In this document: positions 39,203 to 64,000 of the stretch, piece by piece
Layout of the letters: each line of letters begins with the position of its first letter
Numbering within the stretch: the first letter of the stretch is position 1
NCBI RefSeq assembly: GCF_009914755.1
Contig: NC_060926.1
Direction: 5' to 3' (one strand)
Source of the DNA: the human T2T-CHM13v2.0 reference genome, Homo sapiens
DNA length: 64,000 nucleotides
Notes under the pieces: generated by a model
Database searches by the model: none
What the model was told of the DNA's origin: nothing
The model's input: only the letters and a program-made list of their open reading frames with translations
Program-made: the position numbers and the translations under genes

Positions 39203-40304
39203 AAAAAAAGAAAAAAAAAAGAAATAGGGTCATCGTTATCGTAGTGGACAGTAAGCATGGATGGACAATAATCAGAATGGCTTTACTCAAGATATTCTCC
39301 CTGATGTCTCATTGATTGTGATGTCCCTAGGCATAAAACATATGGGAACTGCACTAAAGTCTTACTTGATTTTTTTTGTTTTGTTTTGTTTTTTGAGACG
39401 GAGTCTCGCACTCTCTGGAGTGCAGTGGCGTGATCTCGGCTCACTGCAACCCTGCCTCCTGAGTTCAAGCAATTCTCTGGTCTCAGCCTCCTGAGTAGCT
39501 GGGATTACATGTGTGTGCCACCATGCCTAGCTAACTTTTGTATTTTTAGTAGAGATGGGGTTTCACCATATTGGCCAGGCTGGTCTCGAACTCCTGACCC
39601 TCAGGTGACCCTACTGCCTCAGCCTCCCAAAGTGCTGGGATCACAGGTGTGAGCCACTGCACCTGGCCTTACTTGATATTAAGAAGTACAAATGTTCTTT
39701 TTTTCCCCCCCAATACAGGGTCTCGCTCTGTCACCCAGGCTAGAGTGCAGTAGCATGATCTTGGAACCTCTGCCTCCTGGGCCTCAAGCCATCCTCCTGC
39801 CTCGGCCTCCAGAGCAGCTGGGACTACAGGCATGTGCCACCACTCTCAGCTAATTTTTTTATTTTTTCAGCAGAGACAGGGTTTTGCCATGTTGCTCAGG
39901 CCTGGTCTCTAACTCTTGAGCTCAAGTGATTCACTCGACTTGACCTCCCAGAGGGCTTAAACTACAAGGATGAGCCAACGCACCTGGCTGAATATGTACA
40001 AATGTTATAATTATGGAGTCCCCAGACCTGATTGTAGGGTCATTATCTCTCATCCAATTCTCACACTTGAGCCGGTTTATAGACTTAGCGCTGCTTGAAT
40101 AAAGGGGAGGAAAAGCCCCGGGGAGAATGACCCTGCAGTGTGGCCACACAGACAAACGGCCTCTTCTTCCTTGCCTTGCCACGCCACAGGAGATCTGTAG
40201 CCTTTTACCATAGTGGTTGTGTACTGTAGAAAGGAAAATACCCAGAACTGTCAGGGATTGCTGGATGCTGTCTCTTAATTGATGCAATGTCCTGAGGAAT
40301 CTTT

Positions 40305-40690
40305 GTGTGGTGGGCTGAATAATATCCCCCCAAAATGTAGTCCACTTCCTAATCCCTGGAGTAGAAACTGGGAATACGTGGCTTGGCAGATGTCATTAAG
40401 CTGAGGATCTTAGACGGGGGGATTATCCTGGATTATCCATGTGGAGCCAACGTGATCGCAAAGGTCCTCATGAGAGGGAGTCGGGAAGGTCAGAGAGACA
40501 GGACATGTGACAACAAAGAAGAGATTGGAGCATGTGGGGCCACGATCCAAGCGATGCAGACAACCTCTAGAAGGTGGAAAAGGCAAGAAAACAGACTCTC
40601 CCCTAGAGCCTCCAAAAATAATGCAGCTGATCAACCCATTTTAAACTCCTGACCTCCAAAACCGTAAGACTTCAAATTCTAATTGTTTCC
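40305..40690 (+). mobile_element. MLT1D-type MaLR LTR fragment
   Basis: GGGGGATTATCCTGGATTATCC…GGAAAAGGCAAGAAAACAGACTCTCCCCTAGAGCCTCCA. Confidence 0.7.
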
Positions 40691-40962
40691 TGAAAGGGCC
40701 GTAGGCACTGTGCATGTTGACTCACGCCGGTAATTCTAGTATTTTGAGAGGCCAAGGTGGGATGACTGCTTGAGCCCAGGAGTTCAAGACCAGACTGGGC
40801 AACATAATGAGATCCCATCTCTTAAAAAAAATCAACTGGGTGGCTGGGCGCAGTGGCTCACGCCTGTAATCCCAGCACTTTGGGAGGCTGAGGCGGGCAG
40901 ATCACCTGAGGTCGGGTGTTCGAGACCAGCCTGACCAACATGGAGAAACCCCATCTCTACTA

Positions 40963-41292
<330 letters not shown>

Positions 41293-41339
41293 TCAACATG
41301 GAAGATTAGCGTCCAAGATGGAGTCACTAGTGTCTCCAC

Positions 41340-43770
<2,431 letters not shown>

Positions 43771-43880
43771 TCTCAGACCTGGCGTATAGATACTTCTTTT
43801 TATTCCCACCCATCCCAGATACTTCTGCATGCTATATTAATATGTTAGTACTGATCTTAAGGCATATTTGTTAATGCTAA

Positions 43881-44220
<340 letters not shown>

Positions 44221-45292
44221 TGAGATTACAGGTATGCGCCACCACGCCCAGCTAATTTATTTTTGTATTTTTAGTAGAGATGGGGTTTTACCATGTTGCC
44301 CAAGCTGGTCTTGAACTTCTGAGCTCAGGCAATCTGCCCACCTTGGCCTCCCAAAGTGCCGGGATTACAGGCGTGAGCCACCGTGGCTGTCCTCAAAAAT
44401 TTTTTTTTTTAGAGATGGCATCTCACTATGTTACCCAGGCTGGTCTTGAACTCCTGGCCTCAAGTGATCCTCCAGCCTCAGCCTTCCAAGTAAACTGGGA
44501 TTACAGGTCCAAGCCACTGAGCCCAGCTTTGTATTTTTGGTAGAGATGGGGTTTCACCATGTTGCTCAGGCTGGCCTCAAACACCTGGGCTCAAGCAATC
44601 CTCCCATTTCAGCCTCCCAAAGTGCTGGGATTACAGGCATAAGCCACCGAGCCCAGCCAGCATTTTTTTTAAGCTCTATTGGACTTGATAATTTAGTCTT
44701 TAGATGACTGTATATCAGAAGTGGACTGTAATTGAGCTAGAAAAGTAATGAACATCACCTAGAGAGAGATTAACAGTGATTGATAGGCCTTGAGGTGTCT
44801 GCTTCTTAGGGAGAATACGGCAGCATCTCTAATGGCACAAGGTCTAGTAACAGGATGTTAGGCAGGACCTAGATGATGGGGTTACAGTTGTTTGTGGGCA
44901 TATTAAATATGAGTAGATTAAAAATTATCTATGGAGGCCGGACATAGTGGCTAACACCTGGGTTCTCAGCACTTTGGGAGGCCAAGGTGGGAGGATCACT
45001 TGAGGCCAGGGGTTCGAGCCGGGGCAACACAGTGAAACACCATCTCTGACTCAGGAGGCTAAGGCATGAGAATCCCTTGAGCCCAGGAGGCTGAGGTTGC
45101 AGTGAGCAGAGATTGCACCACTGCACTCCAGCCTGGGTGACAGAGTTAGACCCTGTCTCAAAAAAAAAATTATTTATTGGGTAAAATGTTCACTATTTGG
45201 TAATGGATGCACTAGAACCCAAATGTCACCATTACACAATATAGCCATGCAACAATCTTGCACATGTACCTCCTGAATCTAAAAAAAAGTCA

Positions 45293-45772
<480 letters not shown>

Positions 45773-45814
45773 CTATTCCAAGTTAGAGTCTGCCAATGTG
45801 AAGAACTTGCATAA

Positions 45815-50200
<4,386 letters not shown>

Positions 50201-50233
50201 TTTTTTTTTTTTTGAGACAATCTCGCTCTGTAG

Positions 50234-50434
<201 letters not shown>

Positions 50435-50816
50435 TGATCTGCCTGCCTTGGCCTCTCAAAGTGCTGGAATTACAGGCATGAGCTACTGTGCCCGGCCGTG
50501 ATTCATCTTTTATTTTCCCTTGTATTAGGTGGTTTTGTTGCTTTGCCACCTGGGCTGGAGTGCTGTGGTGGGATAATGGCTCACTGAAGCCTCAACCTCC
50601 CAGGCTGAAGTGATCATCCCAACTCAGCCTCCCGAGTAGCTGGGCCTGTAGGCACAAACCACTATGCCTGGCTAATTTTTGTATTTTTAGTAGAGGCAGG
50701 GTTTTGCCACGTTGCCCAGGGTGGTCTCGAACTCCTGGGCTCAAGTGATCTGCCCTCCAAGGCCTCCCAAAGTGCTGGGATTACAGGTGTGAGCCACCTC
50801 ATCTGGCCTGCATTAG

Positions 50817-51182
<366 letters not shown>

Positions 51183-51244
51183 TAATTTGTAAAGCATTCA
51201 TAGCAATAGCTGTCACAGAACAAATTAAAGGACTTGTGATCAAG

Positions 51245-52480
51245 TGTAGTGGATTCTGTGATGTGCCATTCAGATCACCCTTCAGAATGGAGGCACTCAT
51301 TTTCTCACTGCTGGGAGTGTCAGTGGTTAACAACTTTCACTGAGTCTCTCTCCATTAGTCGGCCTCATCCAATGAGAGGGTCTTCCTCAAGGTCATATCC
51401 TCTCCCTTAGTGCAGCCTGCATCTAATGACTGATTTATGTTGACTGTAGTGGCCTGTGCCCCAAGGTGCGATCATTCTGAAGGACATCCTAACTCCAGAA
51501 TTCTCTGTGAGATTAACGTTTAAGCAGTGACTGCCACCCACTCACTTCAAGCCCTTCTTGTCAAGAGACCAGCAGGCTAGGATTGAAGTCACTGTCCTGG
51601 CAGAAGTGCTTGACTCTGGTAATCACGAGGGCTGTTTATCAGGGCTGTTGTCACATCATGGGACAAGGAAGACTATGTTTGCAGTTAGGTCACCTACTGT
51701 GTTTCTTTTGTACGCTTTGCCCAATTTTGATGGTAAATGGACGAATTGAACAGCCATCTCTGAGAAGAGCATGATGATGATAGGGGTTCAGACCCCTTAG
51801 AGATGGGGTTCTGGGTCACCCACAAGGTAAATCACTTAGACCAGCAGAGGTGCTAGCTCAGGTTGAGGAAATCCAGAAGGAAAGCAGGAAAACATGAGCG
51901 TCACTTGTGACCTTGAGACTAGTTACAATGGTAGGAGCTGTATCTTTTTCTACTAGTCTTCCTCTTGAAAGTTTGTTCTAGAAGAGAGACCCATCAGAAT
52001 CCTGGAAGAGCTGATTCCAAAACTTATGTGAAAAAATGCATCTAAGTGAAAAAAGGGATACATTGGTGGATGTTGTAGTATGCCAACCACAGCTCCCCTT
52101 TAGGGTGGAGGCACTCGTTTCTCTAGTTTCTTGGGAATATTGGAGGCTGAAAGCTCTCTATTGAGTTGCTCTCTGAAAGTTGCCCTCAACTAGAGGGCAA
52201 CTCAACCATCTCATTCAATGTCATCCCTCCTCTTCAGAGACAGTCTGCATCCGTCTACTGTAGATGCAGCACTAGAAAAGCATGGAACCCTATCTCAAGG
52301 TGGCTATTCCAGCTCCATAGCTCCACGTGAGATAAACTGAGCCCTCTGTTGCACCTACTGTAGTTCAGCTTTTCCCTCTTCCCAATTCCAGTTTCTACAT
52401 TTCCCCAGGAGCTGATCCCAGGAGCACTTCTCCCAAACTTTTCATCTCCAGAGTCTTTTTTCCAGGGAATAGGATCAAAT
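51245..52480 (+). mobile_element. ERVL 3' internal remnant with LTR16-like LTR pieces (51245-51530, ~52060-52480)
   Basis: VTVLAEVLD…GLL.H.G peptide typical of the ERVL 3' pol/dUTPase region; two related LTR16-like starts (GTGGAT…TGCCA…CCCTT.AG..TGGAGGCACTC). Confidence 0.5.
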
Positions 52481-52612
52481 ATACCAAGTCATAATACCAT
52501 CCATTGAGGCAGACCTTTTACAGTAGTGAGAACCATGCATGACTGCATTTGAATCACAAGCTATAATAAGTATATTGTAGACATATAGTCTGTGTTGACA
52601 TCCTAAGTGTGA

Positions 52613-52849
<237 letters not shown>

Positions 52850-53096
52850 TAGGCTGGTCTTGAACTCCCGACCTCATGATGCACCTGCCTCGGCCTCCCA
52901 AACTGCTAGGATTACAGGCATGAGCCACTGTGCCTGGCCGCCATTTTTTCAAACTTTACAAAACTGCAAAACATTTAGCTGAGTAGATAGTTACTAATTA
53001 CCTCCTAAGTGTATAAATAACCCTGTGGTAGTTGCTTCGGAGAATGAAAATAAATGCAGCATTATCCTTTCTTGTGTTGTCTGGTAGGAAAAACTA

Positions 53097-53859
<763 letters not shown>

Positions 53860-54204
53860 TGAAGCAATCTGGCATATAGGGTAGATCTAAATGATGGTTC
53901 AAGGTTCTGTAAAAATGTAACTGAAATCAGCCTAGGAATGAGAGGATGCCTAATTGCTGAACCCATATTGCAAGAACAGTAAAAAATTGTTATGACTTGG
54001 ATGCCTTATTAAACAAAGAACCTTAGGATATAGGAGTACTTAAAATTAAGACTTGGAAACCAATCTTCCCATTCCAAATTCATAAGTTTTGAGGGGGAGG
54101 GGTGATAGTTGAGAATTGTGTGTCCAGTTACCATCTGAAAAAACATCATGTGATGCCATTACTTCCGGTGACCGATGACCTCTGAGTTTGACTGTTGTAC
54201 ATGT

Positions 54205-55217
<1,013 letters not shown>

Positions 55218-55655
55218 ATGTATGCAGATGATAGGGGTGATCTGACCAAGATGGACTGAAGGCAGGTGATGATTCCTGGGAAACTATGCATTAGTATCCT
55301 CTCAATTTGGGTAGGGCTCAACTGGGTCTCCCCCAAGAGGGCTGGGAAAGGAATGGTAATGAGGAGAGTCAGAGCTGTGCCTGGAGAGCTTGCTCACTCA
55401 GGAATACACACATGAAATAAGCTGGTGATCAGCAGGACCGATCCTGGAGTCCTGCCAGATGGTACAGCCGGCCCACCCCAGCACCATCATTGCCCTAAAG
55501 GTCAGGCTTTGTCATAAGCTCTGAGGGGCCATAGCCAGTTAGACTATAGAATCAGGGCTTCTTGTGCAGGGGAGAAGTCAGGTACATGTGGAACTGCTTG
55601 CTCACGCAGACCAGTCAAGCCAGTGCTCCAGTCTCACTGGTGGGGTGGGTTGTAG

Positions 55656-56117
<462 letters not shown>

Positions 56118-56267
56118 TGAACCCCTGACCTCAGGTGATCCACCCCCCTCGGCCTCCCAAAATGCTGGGGATTACAGGAGTGACCCACCGTGCCCTGCCC
56201 ATTCCCATTTTTTATGCAGGTGATATTTGCATGTTTTAAAATGCAAAAGCTAGGAAAGATAGAGTGA

Positions 56268-56630
<363 letters not shown>

Positions 56631-57677
56631 TGACCTCTTTCTCCAGCAGGGTAGCCTTGGGCTTCTCTACCTGGAGGTTGAGCCCTGAGAGCAAAAGTGG
56701 AAGCTGCCAGATCTCCAAAGGCTTGAGCTTAGAAGTCCTAGAATGACACATCCACTGCATTCTCTGGGTGAAAGCAAGTCACAAGGTTAGTCCAGATTCA
56801 AGGGGTAAGAAGACAGACTCCACTTCTGGATGGCAGGAATAGTAACATCACACAACAGAAAGACGTGATTCATGGAGGCCACAACACACAAAATGGATGT
56901 TGCTAATTTCTAGTCCAAGACAAAACATACAGAGTACCTGACAATGGGAGTGAGAGGGCTTTGGGACAGTAAGTGAGATTTTCTGGGAGGTTGTCCTACT
57001 TGCTAGAAAGCATTTAGCTCTTCTAAGGGACTCCACTTCAGTAGACAGACTGTTTGGCCATACTTTTCTCCTTCCTGCCCCAAAGTCTTGGAATTAGAAG
57101 GAAACAATCCCCAAATCTTTTTTCTTTTTTTTTTTTGAGATAGGGTCTTGCTCTGTTGTCCAGGCTGGAGGGCGTGGTGCAATCACGGCTCACTGCAGCC
57201 TCGACCTCTTCAGGCTCAGGTGATCCTCCCATCTGAGCATCCCAAGTAGCTGGGACTACAGACACGAGCCACCATGCTTGGCTAATTTTTTTGTATTTTT
57301 TTGTGGCGGGGGGTGGTTCACCATGTTGCCCTGGCTGGTCATAAACTCCTGGGCTCAAGTGACCCTCCTGCCTCGTCCTCCCAAAGTGCTGGGATTGCAG
57401 GTATGAGCCACCTTGCCCAGCCCCCAAATCTTGATCTCAGTGATTCCCCTCCCGTACCTCTGATGAACTCATCTTCCCCCTCTGGGTTACCCTCTGCTTT
57501 TCATGGCTGAACAAGTTTCCCCTGGAATGGGCAGTCTATGGAGAGTAATATTTTGGTGACCGTAACACTTTTTCGTTATTCTGTCTCACCAACTTGCAGT
57601 GCAAGTGATGGCCTTCTCATGTGTCACCTTTTGCACATGTGCAATCCAGCACTATACATTTTTTTTTTTTTTTTTGA

Positions 57678-57893
<216 letters not shown>

Positions 57894-58052
57894 TGATCTG
57901 CCCACCTCTGCCTCCCAAAGTGCTAGGATTACAGGCGTGAGCCACTGCACTCGGCCTCATCACTATAAATCTCTTTGAGTTGCACTCCTTTTCCATCTGG
58001 AAATCAAACATTAAATGCCAACTTTGCTTTTCACAATCAATTTATTTGGCTA

Positions 58053-58458
58053 TTGCATTAGGCCACTCTTGCATTGCTATAAAGAAATAACTGGGACTGG
58101 GTAATTTAAAAAGAAAACAGGTTTAATTGGCTCACAGTTCGGCTGGCTTTACAGGGAACATGATGCAGGCATCTGCATGGCTTCTAGGGAGGCCTCAGGA
58201 AGCTTACAATTATGACAGAAGGTGAAGGGGGAACAGGCATGTCACACGGTGAAAGCAGGAGCAAGTAAGAGAGAGAGTGGGGAGGGGTAAGGTGCCACAC
58301 ACTTGTAAATGACCAGATCTTGAGAGAACGCACTCAATATCATGAAGATAGCACCAAGCCTTGAAGGATCTGCCCCCACCCCAGACCCATACACCTCCCA
58401 CAAGGCCCCACCTCCAGTACTGGGGATTATAGTTCAACATGAGATTCGGGTGGGAACT
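58053..58458 (-). mobile_element. MSTA/MSTB-type MaLR LTR
   Basis: TTGCTATAAAGAAATA…GGTTTAATTGGCTCACAGTTC…GGGAGGCCTCAGGAAGCTTACAAT…CAACATGAGATT hallmarks. Confidence 0.8.
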
Positions 58459-58757
58459 TAGAAACCTAGAGGATTCTATGCTGTGTCTCCAGCACCTCAA
58501 GGGGCATTTACTGATTTCAAGGCATGTCCTTTGCCCAGCAGCCACCTGGACGTGAACAGCAACAGCTGGCCATCTCAGCTGAGTGTACCTCATGGATAGA
58601 GGAGGGAGGTGCAGAGAGAAATGTTCATCCAATATTGGTTGAGCAATGTCCTAGGGGCTAAGGATGTAGCACTGAACTAAATGATGTCCCTGTCCTCATG
58701 GAGTGACACCTAGTGGGGGGTGCAAACTATCAACATACATAAAACAGAAAAAAATAG

Positions 58758-59051
<294 letters not shown>

Positions 59052-59124
59052 TGAGCTCAGGCAATCTGCCCGCCTTGGCCTCCCAGTGTTGAGATTACAG
59101 GCATGAGCCACCGCGCCCGGCTCT

Positions 59125-61020
<1,896 letters not shown>

Positions 61021-61338
61021 TCTGTTTTTATTCAAATAAGGTAGCACTTTTCAGAGAAAGGTTTAGAAAAGGTGAAATCCAACTTTCCTAGAAGCTCTGT
61101 GCTACCACTTAGCTGTATTTTAAAACTAAGCAAACTTTGGTTTTGTTCATGGATCACATAGCAGAAGATCAAGATAAGGCCAAGAAAAAGTATATAATCA
61201 ACTTTGTAATGAGGTGAATTAACAATTTCCTTTTTATTGAAGCATTAGCTGATGTGATTTAAAGAGGGCTAGAAAATACACTATGGAAAGCTAACACAAC
61301 AGCTCCCTTGTGAAATAAATTTTAAAATGCTCATGTTT

Positions 61339-62450
61339 TTTTCTTTTCGTAGGTGTGTGTACACATTTAGTTTTATTGTAACAAAGCAACTTGTACACTT
61401 TTAACATTTAAAACTGAGCATGATCTTTCCTTTCCAGTGAAACAAAATTTAAAAATAAACAGGAACAAAATTACAATAGAGAATGTCAATTCCAAATAAG
61501 ATCCTAGAGGTTCTGCTGATTCTCCCACTGAGTGGCAGGGCTCAAGTCATCATTAGGAGAGAATTTATTTTAAAAGCGTCATCTTAAACTGCAAGGATGT
61601 GTGTCAAACATCGCAATTAAACATGCCAAAGGAGAAGCCATGTTGTCAAAATGTCCGCTTAACCCACCCAAACATCTCAGACCCACCCTTTGCTGACTTC
61701 TAGAATCCCATTTTTTAAAGTTTTTTTCTTTTTTTAAACAAGAGAAAGTAGACAGAAAGATGTTGGTAAATGCTAACTGTCCATATTCACATAGAGACCC
61801 AGTGTACTCTCCGAGCCCAATATACAGAGAAAGCAGGAAGAAAGCTAGAATTGAATGCTCTGCTACACATGGGCCTAGAGCCCTCCAGCTTCCAGCAGGG
61901 CGAAGGGAGCAGGTTTTTCTTTTTTCCCACAGAGCTGGGGTGATGTTGATTCTATATAGTTTTTGCTCAGACAGGAAGGGATAAAAATGAATTTCGAACA
62001 GAAAGGGGTAGAGACTCTTTTCCCATTGTATTCTGCTGAAGTTATTTCCCCCAAAATAAGTTGAGAACTATAGTGTAGAGAAAAGAAACCTCAAGAACAG
62101 GGCGACTGAGCACAAGAGAGAAAAAACAAAAAACAAAAAAAACAAAAAAACTGCAACTTGCTCCCAGGGACTGGAGAAAATGTAAAAAAAGGAAGGTTGG
62201 AATCCATCAGTGTTTTTTTGCTGTTGTTGTTGCTGTTTTTTTTTTTTTGAGATGGAGTCTCCCTCTCTCGCCCAGGCTGGAGTGCAGTGATGCGATCTCT
62301 GCTCACTGCAAGCAACCTCTGCCTCCCGGGTTCACGCCATTCTCCTGCCTCAGCCTCCATCCTCAGCGTGAGCCACCGCGCCCGGCCTCCATCAGTGTTC
62401 CATTAGTCATCTCCTTCATCCTCCTCTCCTTCCTCCCCTTCATCATGTTG
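61339..62450 (-). pseudogene. 5'-truncated processed pseudogene of SET (last codons plus proximal 3' UTR)
   Basis: Minus strand encodes DEGEEGEEDEGDD* (stop at 62403-62405), followed by sequence matching the SET 3' UTR as recalled. AATAAA at 61372-61377, short A-tail, TSD GCTCATGTTT at 61329 and 62451. Confidence 0.88.
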
Positions 62451-63229
62451 GCTCATGTTTATTTATTAAAATTATTTTGGGCCGGGCGCAGTGGGTCACG
62501 CCTGTAATCCCAGCACTTGGGAGGCCGAGGCGGGTGGATCATCTGAGGTCAGCAGTTCGAGACCAGCCTGGCCAACAGGGTGAAACCCTGTCTCTACTAA
62601 AAATACAAAAATTAGCCAGGCGCGGTGGCGCACGCCTGTAATCCCAGCTACTGGGGAGGCTGAGGTGGGAGAATCGCTTGAATGCGGGTCGGGGGGTTGG
62701 GGGGTGGGGGGCGCGGGCGGGGGCGCGGAGGTTGCAGTGAGCCGAGATCGCGCCACTGCATTCCAGCCTGGGAGACAGAGCGAGACTCCAACTCCAAAAA
62801 AATATTTTTGGCTTTTCATTCACTTTGACTTAATATACTTAAAAATATACCCTCCAAAGAGGTATTCATTTTTGGGTGGGTTAAATGCTACCTATTCTAA
62901 ACAATTTTAAACTGGTTTATATTAGTTAAAAAAAAATACTAAAAGGACAAAGTAGTCCCTGTAGACTAAGCTGCCGCTGTCCGAATAAGAAAGCTCAAGC
63001 GGCTCATAAAATTTAAAAAGTCTTCCTTTCATCATGCCTCCTGGAAGGTAGCTATCAAAATTTTAGGGTTTAGTATAAAGTCTAAGATGCTCAGAAACAT
63101 TAAGACAATTGTCCTTACTGTGCCACCGAAAGGCTAAAGGGAGTAAGCTTTTAACAAAGGTTTAAGGGAGTAAGTCCCAGAGTCCAAACTGGATTTCACC
63201 GACTGACTGTTGAAGCTTTCGGGTCTCAG

Positions 63230-63890
63230 CTGTTGGCCCAACGAACCTTCCCAAGACCTTGAAGACCGGCAGCCTACCCGCCACCCTGAAAGGCGGAAGT
63301 GAGGAGAGAGGCAGGACTCCCCGCTCCCCAACCCTCGGAGATGAGAGGGCGACCTCGCGACGCTCTGGGCTGCTAGGTCTCGACTCGGTATCCGGAAGTC
63401 CTCCAGCGTTCGCCTGCAGGAAGCGGAAGTAAAAGGGCGGCCGGCAGCTGGGCAATTGCTTTGCGAGGCTGGGTGTTGAGTCGAGCCGCGGGAAAGGCGC
63501 GTGTCGGCCTCTCACTGGCGCAGCCTGCACTGCCGCTGCCGCCTCGCCCCGCCCTGCCCTGGCGTTGTCTCTGGCACTGTGGCGGACTGACCACGGCCCG
63601 GGCATGGGCTGCAAGGGAGACGCGAGCGGTGCGTGTGCCGCGGGTGCGCTGCCGGTGACAGGTACCCAGGGGTGGCGTGAGGAGGCCTCGTGGACAAAGA
63701 GAGGGTTTGGGGCACAAGGCGACCCTGTGCCCCTGTCACATTGAGCTTCCGCCTCTACCGTGACTCAGTTTACCCTCTGGTGTCCCATCCCTTCCCCTAT
63801 TCGCGAGCGCCCCGAGTTGCCCTCAGTGGTCTTCTTGGCAAGGTATCGCTTCCGCGGGGGTGGCGGCGGGCTCTGTTCAGCGGTCTTGAA
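63230..63890 (+). promoter_or_regulatory. UGGT1: CpG-island, TATA-less promoter and 5' UTR of UGGT1
   Basis: Sharp rise in GC and CpG content. ETS/GABPA-type motifs GCGGAAGTG (63293), CCGGAAGT (63392) and tandem CAGGAAGCGGAAGT (63417-63430). GC boxes (GGGCGG ~63435, CCCCGCCC ~63547). Confidence 0.88.
63604..63661 (+). CDS. UGGT1: First coding exon of UDP-glucose:glycoprotein glucosyltransferase 1; intron 1 runs to the window end
   Basis: ATG in strong Kozak context (ggcATGG) translates to MGCKGDASGACAAGALPVT+G, which matches the UGGT1 N-terminus as I recall it. Phase-1 donor ACAG|gtaccc at 63662. Lies within a CpG island. Confidence 0.93.
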
Positions 63891-64000
63891 CCTTCTTTGA
63901 AGAGCTTTAGATCCTTGTGCCAAGTGCAGAAGGAAATGGGGGAGGTATCCTACCATGGATTTAGACCAAGCTTGATCCTCAGTGAGTTGAGAAGCAGCAC

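Noticed and set aside
63230-63660. Canonical ER-stress elements (ERSE CCAAT-N9-CCACG, UPRE TGACGTGG) in the UGGT1 promoter
   Set aside because: Only an isolated CCACG (~63591) was seen, without the required CCAAT/ATTGG partner.
63162-63739. Overlapping GC-rich ORFs in the CpG island (150, 114, 65 and 75 aa)
   Set aside because: Expected from stop-codon scarcity in GC-rich DNA; only the ATG-63604 frame matches a known protein.

Overview
Primate (almost certainly human) intergenic DNA that is extremely rich in Alu and other transposable elements. It ends in the CpG-island promoter and first coding exon of UGGT1 (+ strand, ATG at 63604, MGCKGDASGACAAGALPVT-G, donor at 63662). Nearly all ORFs in the supplied track are Alu, L1 or microsatellite artefacts. 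Supportable content: (1) a ~6.5-kb LTR10/HERVIP10-type provirus (8117-14626) with a tRNA-Pro PBS, a 4-bp TSD and decayed gag/pro/pol/env; (2) a complete Hsmar1 mariner transposon split by two nested L1PB elements, an LTR12 solo LTR and Alus; (3) retrocopies of ENY2, SET (3' end) and Y3 RNA; (4) three LTR8-family solo LTRs, ERVL/MaLR relics, L1/L2 and DNA-transposon fossils. The most unusual feature is a ~440-bp non-retroviral segment that replaces the gag nucleocapsid zinc knuckle and the N-terminal half of the protease inside the provirus. It has no TSD or poly(A), which suggests capture of host RNA by RT template switching. Repeat subfamily names come from recalled consensus sequences and were not checked against a database.
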